A stretch of 64,000 bases of DNA from Octopus vulgaris (taxonomy: Eukaryota). Numbering within the stretch: position 1 is the stretch's first letter; every line of letters starts with the position of its first letter. The notes under the pieces are model-generated. The model had not been told where the DNA came from. It worked only from the letters and a program-made list of their open reading frames with translations, and made no database searches. The stretch is taken from assembly GCA_951406725.2 (NCBI GenBank), contig OX597816.1, positions 112,406,001 through 112,470,000 on the forward strand, written 5' to 3'. Below are positions 1-10,904 of the stretch, piece after piece. Both the position numbers and the translations under genes were made by a program.

Positions 1-104
1 GGCCATTAAATAAGTGTCACCTTAGTCTGCTGGCTGTGGACAGCTGACACTTTCCATCATACCCAGCAAAATAAACTGTGAGTTTTCATCAAATAACAAT
101 AATA

Positions 105-1085
105 ATCCTTTCTAATATAGGCACAAAGCCTGCAATGTTGTGGGAGGTGCTACTCAATTACATCACCTCCAGTGCCTAACTGGTACACATTTTATTGACC
201 CCAAAAAGATGAAAGGCAAAGTCGACTTGAGTAGCATTTGAACTCAGAAGAAATGTCACAAACATTTTGCCTGGCATGGTAACAATTCTGCCAGTTCACT
301 GACATATTTTTAATGATGATGATGATGATAAGGATAAAGACAATTTCTAACACAGGCACCCATAATTTGTGTGAAGCTCAGTATAGTTATTTTAGAGTGT
401 TATGCAACCTTTTCTCTATCATGGCTTTCAACATTGTGTTATATTACCCATAGCCTACCCAATGTCAATTAGGTAAGACCAAGATTCGATAATAATTTTA
501 AAAAATGCTAATGCAACAAGTAATATACAGATTGGTATATTATTGGTATTGTTTTTAGTACAGAAGGCAAAATATCTTGCAATATTTGTTCTAGTTTGGA
601 CAGCAAGCTGGCAGAGTCATTAGCATACTGGACAAGCATTTTGTCCGTCTTTATATTCTGAGTTCAAATTCCACCAAGATTAACTTTGGCTTTTCTCCTG
701 TCAGGGTTGATGAAATAAGTACCAGTTGAACACTGGGATTAATATAATCAACTTGCCCCACCCACAAAATTGCTGGCCTTGTGCCAAGATTTGAAGCCAG
801 TATTTGTTCTAGTTAGGACAAGCTGGCAGAATCATTAGCATGCCGGATAAAATGCTTAATGGCAGCTTTATCTTCTGAGTCCAAATATCGCCAAGTTTGA
901 GTTTACCTTTTATCTTTTGGGGGTTAATAAAATAAGTACCAGTTGAATACCGAGGAAGGAGTCAATGTAATTGACTTTGTGCCTATGATAGAAAAACCAA
1001 AATATTTGCTCTGGTTCTCTGTGTTCTGAGTTAAAATCCTGTGAAGGTCAACATTGCCTTTCAATATTTCAGGGTTATTTAGAAT
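105..1085. mobile_element. Cluster of 4 decayed copies of SINE family A (one minus ~105-302, three plus ~600-1085)
   Basis: Recurring GCTGGCAGA-TC-TTAGCA...TTCTGAGTTCAAATTCC...GACTTTGCCTTT...AAGTACCAGTTGA motif, matching the intact copy at 6671-6903; CpGs largely mutated to TpG/CpA. Confidence 0.75.
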
Positions 1086-1183
1086 ACTGATCCAGGGTGG
1101 GTAGATTGACAGAATTTGCAATATTGGTTTCAGCCCTTTGCATTCTTAGTTCTTAGTAGGTAAACTGAATTTGTTACAATCAC

Positions 1184-1287
1184 CTGGTCCTTGGATGCCT
1201 TTAAGGAAGGTCGTTCTGTTACAAATATTCAAGCTAAAACTCTGATTTGAAGATAACTTCCTCTGTTTCTCAGCAATTTCTAAGATC
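1184..1287 (-). CDS. Candidate internal coding exon of an unidentified minus-strand gene
   Basis: Minus strand: polypyrimidine acceptor CCATTTCCTTTTTTCCAG, then 104 nt with a single open frame (ILEIAEKQRKLSSNQSFSLNICNRTTFLKGIQGP), then CAG|GTGATT donor. No homology recognised. Confidence 0.3.
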
Positions 1288-2281
1288 CTGGAAAAAAGGA
1301 AATGGGTACTGCTCTTTCTTCTCAGAATAATGTTTGATGGCTTCCTTTTTCTCTGGTGTCTAGCATGCAAGGTGTTATGACGGATTTTCCTTATTCCTTG
1401 ATATACAGATTTTGCCATGGAGCCCTAAAAATTTTGTGTAGCTCACTTCTGGATCATACAATCCACCTTGTATTGTAGTTGATTATCGTATTTGCCAGAG
1501 CATAAGACATATTCTCACATATGACAAACCTCTACAAATTGTGAAAAAAGAAAAACAAATTTAATGTTTCATCTTACATTCAAACACTTGTTATCTCATA
1601 CATAATACAGTTGCATTATATGCATGGCAATTCTTTGTTAGATTTCAGAATAAAAAAAATTGCACATCCTGTATACTGATAAATAATGGTAGAACATGCC
1701 TAGTGCTTGAGTGGTACTAATTTCATCAAACTGGAAATATAAAAGGCAAAGATATATAATAACTAAATAGCTAAAGATATTTCATCCAACTATCTCCTGA
1801 TTCTTCCATGCCAGCTTCATGGATGTTAAATTTCAGCTTATCAGAATCTCTCCCTAATCTGCAATTCTATCTGCAGTCCATAATGAGTATCTTGAGTGGT
1901 TAAAGAACAATATTTATGGCAGAATAGTCATGGTGAATATTGGAAATACAAGGAAACAAGCTTGCGAGGAAAAGCATTGGAATAATTCGCTAAAGCAAAT
2001 TAGGTAGATTTTATCTGCTGTCCTAAACAGCTGTATTTGTTACAGATTGCTACTAGAAATCTGGTTATAACCCCTTCCCACTTGCCCATTGTTGGTAATG
2101 ATATTACTGGCCTTCACAAGAATTTAGTAATGGATCCAGTATGATGGACACAACAATACAGTCAATAGAATAAATACTGATAATATTATTTGAGTTGAGT
2201 CAATTCTTCTGGATAATAAAGCTTTCAGCTTAAGAAGGTAACATTATTAAATCAATATTACTGATATTTGTTAATTTGTGG

Positions 2282-2343
2282 GGACAGAGATAGTCAGAGA
2301 GAGAAACAGAGAGAGAGAGAGAGACAGAGAGACAGAGAGAAGA
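2282..2343. repeat. (AG)n/(AGAC)n microsatellite
   Basis: Direct inspection. Confidence 0.9.
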
Positions 2344-3267
2344 GTCTTTGTTAGGAACGTGTGGTGATACTTTGTAGGTTTTCATTGACAATATTGATTT
2401 CTTACATGAGCACAGATTTTTAAGGTAGAGCTAATGAGAAGGTGGGTGTGACAGTCATGCTTCTCTCAATGATATTACCATGTACAGGTTATGACATGGT
2501 TACAAGTGGGAATTGAAACTACGTATATTGCAGACTTGGTTAGCTGGTATATCACTTGTATCTGATTGTAAATAATGATTTTTTTTCAGTTTTATGATGA
2601 TAGAAGACTATAAATTCTAAGTTGGGGATATAGACAATTGATTTTAATCAATTATATGAATGGCTTTAATGTTATTGACCTGAAGAGCCAATGAGCTAAT
2701 GAGAAAACCTCTGTGAAGCTGCTTACTCTGCAAGAAATAGCAGCCAAATTTTCCATAAATCATGTTTAATTGATTTATACAAGATTGAATACGTTAGATT
2801 ATGTAGTTTTGCATAATCTTTCAGTGATGAATCAATTTGCAAATGGAATACCATGGGCTAAACAACAACAACAACAACAGCTCATAAAAGGATAAAAAGT
2901 AAAGGAAATCCAGGAAGGTTTCAACTTACAATGTAGAGTAACAAAAATATTATAAAGCACTTTAATATCCTACAGTATCTGATACCACCACCTTATATTA
3001 CACTTAGCAATTCCAGTAGAAATTCTGTTTTATAAATGTTTATATTTCTATTTTGATGTATAAATTTATAACTTTTCAAAATATTGTTTCATTGTTAAAA
3101 ATTTAGATAATGTCATCAACGACATTTCATAGTTTAGGTTGTTGACTGTGTTACGGTAAATATTTGGATTATGTCTTCGTTTTCCTTCCATAGTTTTAAG
3201 CTTCTTGAAAGCGTAACACTCATTTGTTCTAATTTGTTAAAACTTTCGATTATGTCTTTAAATTCAT

Positions 3268-3498
3268 CCCTTTGTTAATATATTTCTGTTGAAATATGTT
3301 GCTTTTGCTTCAATTAATTTTGAAAATAATGAAGAATTTAGTAGGAAAATAACTTCAGCATTATTAATCTGGTGTTTAGAGCAGAAATTAAACATGAAAT
3401 TTTCACGGAATGTTTAAATGCCAATCATTTTAAAACAGGAAGTTTATATCGTAGAACCAGGTTGATCTAGGTGGGTCGGTATATAAAAAAAAAGGTTT
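3268..3498 (+). mobile_element. Decayed piggyBac-like MITE
   Basis: Begins CCCTTT and ends AAAGG-TTTA; internal sequence (TTCAATTAATTTTGAAAATAATGAAGAATTTAGTA) is shared with 56695-56830 and, inverted, with 59457-59664, which has TTAA flanks. Confidence 0.5.
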
Positions 3499-3723
3499 AT
3501 TGAAAGCCTAACATTTAAATACTTCATGACAAGAAGACTGGCTTTGAAAGAAAGCCTAAAATTTATAGAAGAGAGGTTTTAACTCGCTGCTTCACTACGT
3601 TATATATAGATCCTCAGATGTAGGCAAAGTTGTTCCGAACGAATTGGTCCACGAGAGAGAATGCAAGGCATATATTATATCTGGGCCTGGAAATTTATTG
3701 CTAGGATCTCAGAAAACGTTTAG

Positions 3724-3758
<35 letters not shown>

Positions 3759-3782
3759 CGCGCGTATGTGTATGCATGTGTG
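3724..3782. repeat. (TG)n microsatellite
   Basis: Direct inspection. Confidence 0.9.
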
Positions 3783-5362
3783 CTAACTGAAAGATCGTTC
3801 AATACATTTAAGTGTAGCGAGGTCTACAACCGAAACCGGATCTAGCTTTAGAAACCAGGATTAGCTCACATTTAGGTCCGGCGATTAGTCCTGTATAACC
3901 AATCAACTTGTCAGTATATCGCCCCATATTAGGGAATGTTCTATTTTGTTCCAGTAGTTCCCGCACTTTTGCGATTATATAAACAACAACGCACGTAAAC
4001 CAATGTGGGTAACACACTCAAGAAACATAAGCAACAAGCCCTTCAAATCGACGAGTTTCCTTGGTTGAATCTCAGCCCCGAGTTAAAAGTGTTCTTCGAT
4101 AAGAATGGATAGAGTATTACTCCCGCCTCACATGTGAAGCTAATGCCTTATGTTAGTAATGTAGTTAAAAATTAGATTCATTCCAGCACACTATTCTACA
4201 TTACTGGCAAGCACCAATGTAAATATTGTAATGTACTTCGATACTTCGATAGCAATAAATGTTTGGGACAACACGCAGTTCATCATCATACCAATATATC
4301 AAGACCCATTCGAACCTTATATTACAAAAGCAACAACCCTAACTTGTGACGTTCAGCCAGCACAGTATTGTTAACCATTGACATGCCACTACACAACTTG
4401 CACTTTGCCGAAAAAAGCTCCCACACTGGAAACTTCGACGCAAGAAATGACAGTCAACTCAAGCCACGTTCACAATCGCCGCTTTTTCAACCAGTGAATC
4501 CATGGCTAGTCTGCGCGAAATGGCAGTTAATACAAAAATTCATTGACGAAGAAATTTTGTCTAATATTTTTTTCTCATTCATGATATCGAAACAAACTTC
4601 ATTCATAGCCTTTTGAGTGTGGTTGCAGAAACAATCTAGACCCATCTGACCTTATGCAACAAAAGTCACGCATTTACTTTTCAAGGAAAAAGTTAACACA
4701 TATGTAAACGACCGTGCGAAGGAGAGGTAACGAGAATGGCGCGCAATAGAGCAAGAGACAAACTGCAGCAATACCAACCAGTCAGAGTAGTGGACACAAC
4801 AGGGTCCAAAAGGGCGGTCGAAGACTAGCTGTTATCTACTACGTCCGTATTTGTATATATATATATATATATATATATAACAGAGAGAGAGAGAGAGAGA
4901 GAATGAAATTTCCCTAAGCGTACGCTACACATATATTTCTTAATAGCTGTGTTAAAGTATAAGACAATATTACCCTTGGTTCTTTCATGATCTTCAAGAA
5001 AAGAAAAGAGATTATCCAAGAACTGGAGATTTTGGCCCAAATGCTTAGATCAAAGTGTCTTCTGCCATGTAGAGATTCCTGCATTGGTTTCGAAATACTG
5101 CAATTTTTGTACCCAGCAATAGCATAAAATATAATCGACAGATTAATTTTACTGTCCAAAAGAAAAACTAGCATTCTTATTTTTCGAAGGGGTCTCTAAA
5201 AAAAACTTTGTACACTATAAAATTCTTCTCAGAATCTTTACCGAGTTATATTTCAACTGAAGACATACAATCAAAATTAAATGCAAGTTATTTAACCCAA
5301 TAGTTTTTTTTTATTTCTTCCAAATCTATTGCAATAATAGTAGTTTCTGGTTTAGGCACAAG

Positions 5363-5530
5363 AACTAGCGTAGCTAGAGTGTGCGCCGCCCGGGGCGGCC
5401 CTTCCGTTTGCCGCCCCTGGACTCCACAAAAAACAACATACTACCTACAGCTGACCAAAAAGTACCACTCTTTAAAAGTACCGCCCGGGGTGGACCGCTT
5501 CTACCGCCCCACCCCCTAGCTACGCTAGTG
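5363..5530. mobile_element. hAT-like MITE (TIR (C/A)ACTAGCGTAGCTAG) inserted into a SINE A copy
   Basis: TIRs AACTAGCGTAGCTAG / CTAGCTACGCTAGTG; 8-bp TSD GGCACAAG (5355-5362) / GGCACAAT (5531-5538); same family inverted at 9416-9562. Confidence 0.85.
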
Positions 5531-6415
5531 GGCACAATGCCCGTAATTCTAAGGGGAGAACTTAGTGGATACCATCAACCCCAGTACTCGACTTTCTTTT
5601 ATCAACCTTTTAAATCGATTACATCGATCGCAATACCTCCTCCCGCAACCCCGTAAGGATAAAAGGTAAAATCGACCTCAGCAGAATTCTAACTCAGAAC
5701 ACAAAGACAAAGTGCCACCAAGCATTTTGTCCGCCTTATCTTTATTTGTAAGTTAGGCACAAGGCCTCAAATTTTGTGGAAAGGACCACAGTTGATTTAA
5801 GTCAACTCAAGAACTTAACTGGTGCCTTATTTCATCGATGCCTGAAAGATAAAAAAGTAAAATCAAATTTCGTGAAATTAAATCACATTTTGCTTAAACG
5901 TCACCAAGAACACAACTAAATCTGAAAATAGACGCCCTTATTTTAATGATAATGATTTTAAAATAAGGCAAGAGGTTACAAATTCGGAGGATGGGTGGGG
6001 TTCTACTTGTTTTAAGTGATCTTACTACTTGACTAATTATTTTTTAAGTGCCCCTCTCGTGATAATGAAAACAAAGTCAACCTCACTAACAGGTTTTGAA
6101 TTCAAGCTCAAAAATATATGACTAAATAATGGTTTTAAATTCTGGAACAAGGAGGCAAGTTTGAGGGTAGGGGTTTCATTCATCCTTCAACGTGGTTGAA
6201 CAACCAATCCCAACCAGTCGGGATTCCCACCAGGGGCTGTACTAATTATCCTTTCGATCATTGAATACATAACGTGGCTAGCGAGATTTCTTTTCGAGTC
6301 AGGCCCGTCGCCAGATTTTAGTGCCAGGGGTGCGGGGTCTTCAGAATATTCTTGGTGGTCACTAATATGTAATAATGTTAAAGTGGAGTTTCGAAATAAG
6401 TGTATCACTGTAAGT

Positions 6416-6953
6416 GAAGGTGCGCGGCTTAGTGGTTAGGGTATTCGGCTCACGATAGCAAAGTCGTGAGTTCAATTCCCGGTAATGTGGGGTGTCCTTA
6501 AGCAAGGCAGTTTATTTCACGTTACTTCAGTCTATTCAGCTGTCAAAAATGAGTAACACCTGTATATTTTAAGGGTCGGCCTTTAAGAGTACACGTGTCC
6601 GTGCCGTGCTCAGCCACATGCACGTTAATTTCACGAGCAGGCTAGTCTTGCAGAATGGTATAGCTATAGAAAGGCGGCGAGCTGGCAGAATCGTTAGCAC
6701 GTCGGGCGAAATTCTTAGCGGTATCTCGTCTGCCGTTACGTTCTGAGTTCAAATTCCGCCGAGGTTGACTTTGCCTTTCATCATTTCGGGGTCGATAAAT
6801 TAAGTACCAGTTACGCACTGGGATCGATGTAATCGACTTAATACCTATGTCTGTCCTTGTTTGTCCCTTCTATGTTTAGCCCCTTGTGGGTAATAAAGAA
6901 ATAGGTATAGCTACAAATGGAACTCTTGTCGTCGTAACCGACAGAGTGCCAGA
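6416..6953 (+). mobile_element. tRNA-derived SINE (family B-related), interrupted by a SINE A copy
   Basis: A-box-like GGCTTAGTGG and B-box-like GAGTTCAATTCC; perfect 14-bp TSD GTATCACTGTAAGT at 6402-6415 and 6954-6967. Confidence 0.85.
6671..6903 (+). mobile_element. Near-intact SINE family A copy
   Basis: GGCGGCGAGCTGGCAGAATCGTTAGCAC...GAGTTCAAATTCC...AATAAAGAAATA; TSD GGTATAGCTA at 6657-6666 and 6904-6913. Confidence 0.9.
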
Positions 6954-7049
6954 GTATCACTGTAAGTCTGAATAGTGAGGGGGTAGTGCCGTTCAGTGCA
7001 GCCCCTTAGCTACGGACATGGTTCGGGTGATTTTTCCTGAGTCATCGTT

Positions 7050-7221
7050 TCACCCTCGTATCCGTCACAAGGTTACCTACCCATTTATAGCCGAGTGAAT
7101 TGGAGCGAACGTGATATGAAGTGTTTTGCTCGAGAACACAACGCACCAGCAGGTCTGGAAATTGAAACGATGATCTCACAATCGTGAGTGCGACACCTTA
7201 ACCACTTGGTCACGCGCCTTC
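7050..7221 (-). mobile_element. tRNA-derived SINE fragment
   Basis: Reverse complement reads GAAGGCGCGTGACCAAGTGGTTAAGGTGTCGCACTCACGATTGTGAG..., homologous to the heads at 6416 and 8740. Confidence 0.7.
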
Positions 7222-7904
7222 ACACGTTAGTCGATACCTTGGAGGGATAGAAGACAAAGCTAGCTCCGGCGAAATTTGAACTCAGAACGTAATGAGGAGT
7301 CCTAAAGGAATAATGATACGAGTGAATTCAGACGTTCTGATGAGTCTGCTTAACCTCGGGGCGACCCCGATAAAGCAGAATTATGATCAAAAGTATTACA
7401 GCCGGGACTATCTCGTGTTTTTTTCCGTGCTGGCAGTCTAGGACCTCGTTCAACGTGTCTTCTTTTAAAGGCAGCGGGGTGTGTAGTTTTGGGGAAATTT
7501 GGATCTATTTCTAGCTGGTCCAGCGACCACGTAGAGACTGCTGCGTCGGTATGCCTGCCGTTTTACTAATTCCGTGTAATTTCTTCCTTGTAAGAAATAA
7601 ATGTTATATATAACTGAATTAATATTAACACATCACCGGTATCTTATTGATTTACTTGGAAACAACTGTTAGTGCTTTCCTACATCCTCAGCTCTAACCT
7701 TGGCTGAATCTCAGTTTTAAGTATTCCTTCAATTTACATATCACCGTCTTGAAAAGATGAGAGAAATATTGTCTTAGATACACATTGTCCGAGAAAGAAC
7801 CAGGTGGTCATATCCTGATGAGAACTCCATTAGTCATAGACTTGTTCAATCGCAATTGACTTGGGTTTACATAGCAACCTTGGATTTTTGGGGTTTTTTT
7901 TATT

Positions 7905-8563
7905 GCAGGGATATAGTGTTGGCCGGGGTCGGCCCTAAGGTTGCTGGCTCCCTGGGCAAGCTGAACTTCGACGTATACAAGCTGATGGCCGTGGAAATTT
8001 CCTTATTTTTGTCATGCTCTCCTTGGCGTCCCCTAGCACATGGCACCCCGGACGACTGCCCGAGTTGCCGGTGCCCTCAGCCGGCCCTGGTGTTGGCCGC
8101 CCATAACGAAATAATAAATAATGGCCAAGACGCCGTAGACTTCCCTTCCCTTCTCGAGGGATCGGTAAAAGGCCTGACGGTATGACAATGCTCCCGTTCC
8201 GTGACGGTAGGCCTCTTATCTGGGATTCCACATGTGACACCTTCTCCAGCAGCAACTTGGTGTGTTCAGCTACCAGCACAGGCTCCGCTGCTTGTCAGGC
8301 TGAGAAAAACTGTCAAAGTATCAGTCACTTTCTAACAGATTTATGGTCGGGCCAGTGACAGTGGAAACCTCCGGGGTTCTCGGGCCCCGGACTATATCTC
8401 TGCTCACCGCTTTCGGACGATGGCTATTCGCCAGTGCGAGTCCCGTGAGTCAGAGTGACTGTTCTAACGCATCTCTCTCGCCATCTTCCGGGGCAACGCC
8501 TTTTCCATTTTGTCTGTTGGAACCATGAGACGGTCTGAATTACAGGAAATCGAGGGAATCTAA
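7905..8563 (+). mobile_element. Decayed 3' end of a CRE-like (RLE-type) non-LTR retrotransposon
   Basis: Frameshifted translation gives HNEIIN...FPSLLE, GKRPDGMTMLPFRDGRPLIWDSTCDTF (from 8164), KYQSLSNRFMVGPVTVETSGVLG and RISLAIFRGNAFSIL...stop 8561-8563. This matches the RPD..D..KY..P...ET.G..G..RIS.AI.RGNA pattern of CRE-clade restriction-like endonucleases. Confidence 0.8.
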
Positions 8564-8572
8564 GAATTTCGT

Positions 8573-9253
8573 AGTTGGAGATGTAAATATATTATTTGAT
8601 GTAGAAAATTACGTAAGAAAAAAAATGGTAAGAAATTAAAGCGAACGAATTTTCTCGAAACGAAATCTACGACTAGAATTTTAATTTTTATTACAATATC
8701 ATTGTAACAACATAATGCTTGTTTATATCTTACATAGCTGGAGGCGCATGGCTCAGTGGTTAGAGCGTCGAGCTTACGATCGTGAGGTTGTGAGTTCGAA
8801 TCCCGGACCGAGCTGCGCGTTGTGTTCTTGAGCAAGACACTTTATTTCAAGTTGCTCCAGTTCACTCAGCTGTAGAAATGAGTTGCGACGTCACAGATGC
8901 CAAGTTGTATCGGCCTTTATGTTTACTTTGGATAACACTGGTGGCATGGAGAGGGGAGGCCGGTATGCATGGGCGACTGCTGGTCTTCCATAAACAACCT
9001 TCCCCGGATTTCCTGGGAGGGTAACTTTGTAGGTTCAATTCCACAGTCAGTCATGACCGAAGGGGGTCTCAGCAGCAGCTGGAGGTTCCAGCAGCAAGGT
9101 TGCACTGATTTTTTAAATTTAAAATGATATTGTAATAAAAATTAAAATTCTAGTCGTAGATTTCGTTTCGAGAAAATTCGTTCGCTTTAATTTCTTATCA
9201 TTTTTTTTTCTTACGTAATTTTCACATCAAATAATATATTTACATCTCCAACT
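8573..9253. mobile_element. MITE-like element with ~130-bp inverted arms, central SINE insertion
   Basis: 8573-8703 is the reverse complement of ~9123-9253 (AGTTGGAGATGTAAATATATTATTTGATG... / ...CATCAAATAATATATTTACATCTCCAACT); no clear TSD. Confidence 0.75.
8740..9076 (+). mobile_element. Full-length tRNA-derived SINE (family B)
   Basis: A box TGGCTCAGTGG, B box GAGTTCGAATCC, tRNA-like head, (CAG)n tail; direct repeat AGCTGGAGG at 8736-8744 and 9077-9085; paralog at ~57030-57298. Confidence 0.9.
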
Positions 9254-9415
9254 TTACAGATGATTCTTCTTATTACTGTCACTCTTACGAAGATTGTTTT
9301 CTATTATATGTATTATACGCATTGTCAGTAATTATTATTTTCACTCTACGGCGAATGGACAAATTGCTTAACGGTATTTCTCACGTTCTGAGTTTAAATG
9401 CCGCTGAGGTCGGCT

Positions 9416-9562
9416 CACTAGTGTAGCTAGGGGGGGGGGGCGTCCTTTTAAAGAGGCACCACTTTTGGGTCTGCTGTAGACAATATATGATTTTTTTGTA
9501 GGGTCTGGGGGTGACAAACGGAAGAGTCGCCTCGGGTGGCACACACTCTAGCTACGCTAGTG
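9416..9562. mobile_element. hAT-like MITE (CACTAG termini) inserted into a SINE A copy
   Basis: TIRs CACTAGTGTAGCTAG / CTAGCTACGCTAGTG; TSD GGTCGGCT (9408-9415) / GGTCGACT (9563-9570); inverted homolog of 5363-5530. Confidence 0.85.
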
Positions 9563-10904
9563 GGTCGACTTTACCTTTCATCCTTTCGGGGGTCGATTGA
9601 TCTAATCGACTAACGCGCACAATCAAAATGTCAGTCTTGTGCTTATAGTAGAAAGAATTGCTATTTTTACAAAAGACAGTGAACTAGTAGAATCGGTAAC
9701 ACGTCGGACAAGATGCTTAGTAGCATTTCTTACGGATCGTCACTTTCTGAGTTGAAAGGTCGACTTACCTTTCGAAGTCAATAAAATAAAGTACTAGCGA
9801 ATCACTAGAGTCGATGAAATCGACTAAGCCCTCTTCTAAAAACTGCTGGCGATTTTGTGCAAAAAACCCCCAATCGTTTCTGCTACCAGGATTGTAATCT
9901 ACTGGACCCATGAATATATGGCAGGTAAAAAAAACAAACAAACAAACCCTCTCTACATTTGTCAGGGTTCCTCGGGGTCTCGAAAGCAGTCTTGGTCCAT
10001 CTTGCAAAATTTTCCTCGGAGGACCAAGGGTGTCTCTACAGCAGTCACTCAACTTGCTAGCTTGCTGGAAACAACATCCAAATCACCCTCAAATCATAAC
10101 AAAATCCATTTGCGTAGAGTAGCTTCCCTCCACCCTTTCATTAAACGAAACGCAATTTCGACAAGCCACTGCTCTAATAGTTTTCTTAAACTATGGTTTT
10201 AAGAGTCCCCCCACCTCAAAAAAAAAAAACCCACTGAAAGGTGTCTGTATTACAGTCCTGAAAAATAATACGAGTGGTCAAGGCTGGAATGCCTTTGATC
10301 CCAGGACTGCTTGAACAGAGACATGGGCGTTAATCAACAATAACAATACTTAATCTTAGGACCTAATTAAGAATTCTCTCTGGCGCCGATTATGTTTCTT
10401 TCTTCTGTTATCCTTCCTATGAAAAGCAATTAAGTACTAGTAATATACAACTAATACTAGACAAGTAGATTGACTGAATTTCTTTAGAGCAAAGCTCTCT
10501 CTTTTCTTTCGTCCTTCCTTCCTTCTTTGCATTGCTTATCTCGAATTATCAAAATGCTACTAAAGAATGCGTAGGCTTCGAAACGGTAACCTTTTCGTAT
10601 TTGCAGCACGCGCCTTTATCGTCTAATAGAGTTGTTTGTTGTTGGTGGAATGAACACGGAAATAAACCAAAAGTAGAAAACAAACAAGTGTCAGTAGCGA
10701 TGTGTGATAGAGAACGATGCTCGGTAAGGGTGGCAGTAATAACAGGAGTCAGCTGTAAAGTTGGAAGCTGTTAGTGGCAGTTGTGGAATAGGAGACGGTG
10801 GCAGCAGTAGTATAAGAGACAGAGGTGTTGGCGGGGACGATAGAAAAGCATTAACTGTATTAACAGCAGTAACGATACAGATTGTATAAGGGTTGCTGGT
10901 TGGT

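Larger units (their letters stand above)
6300..7020. mobile_element. Old hAT-like MITE containing nested SINEs
   Basis: Imperfect TIRs CAGGCCCGTCGCCA / TAGCTACGGACATG; degenerate 8-bp TSD TTTCGAGT / GTTCGGGT (6/8). Confidence 0.6.

Noticed and set aside
8740-8812. tRNA-like sequence with A and B boxes (also 6416, 18284)
   Set aside because: Continues into a SINE body with tail and flanking direct repeats; no complete acceptor stem, so a SINE head rather than a tRNA gene.
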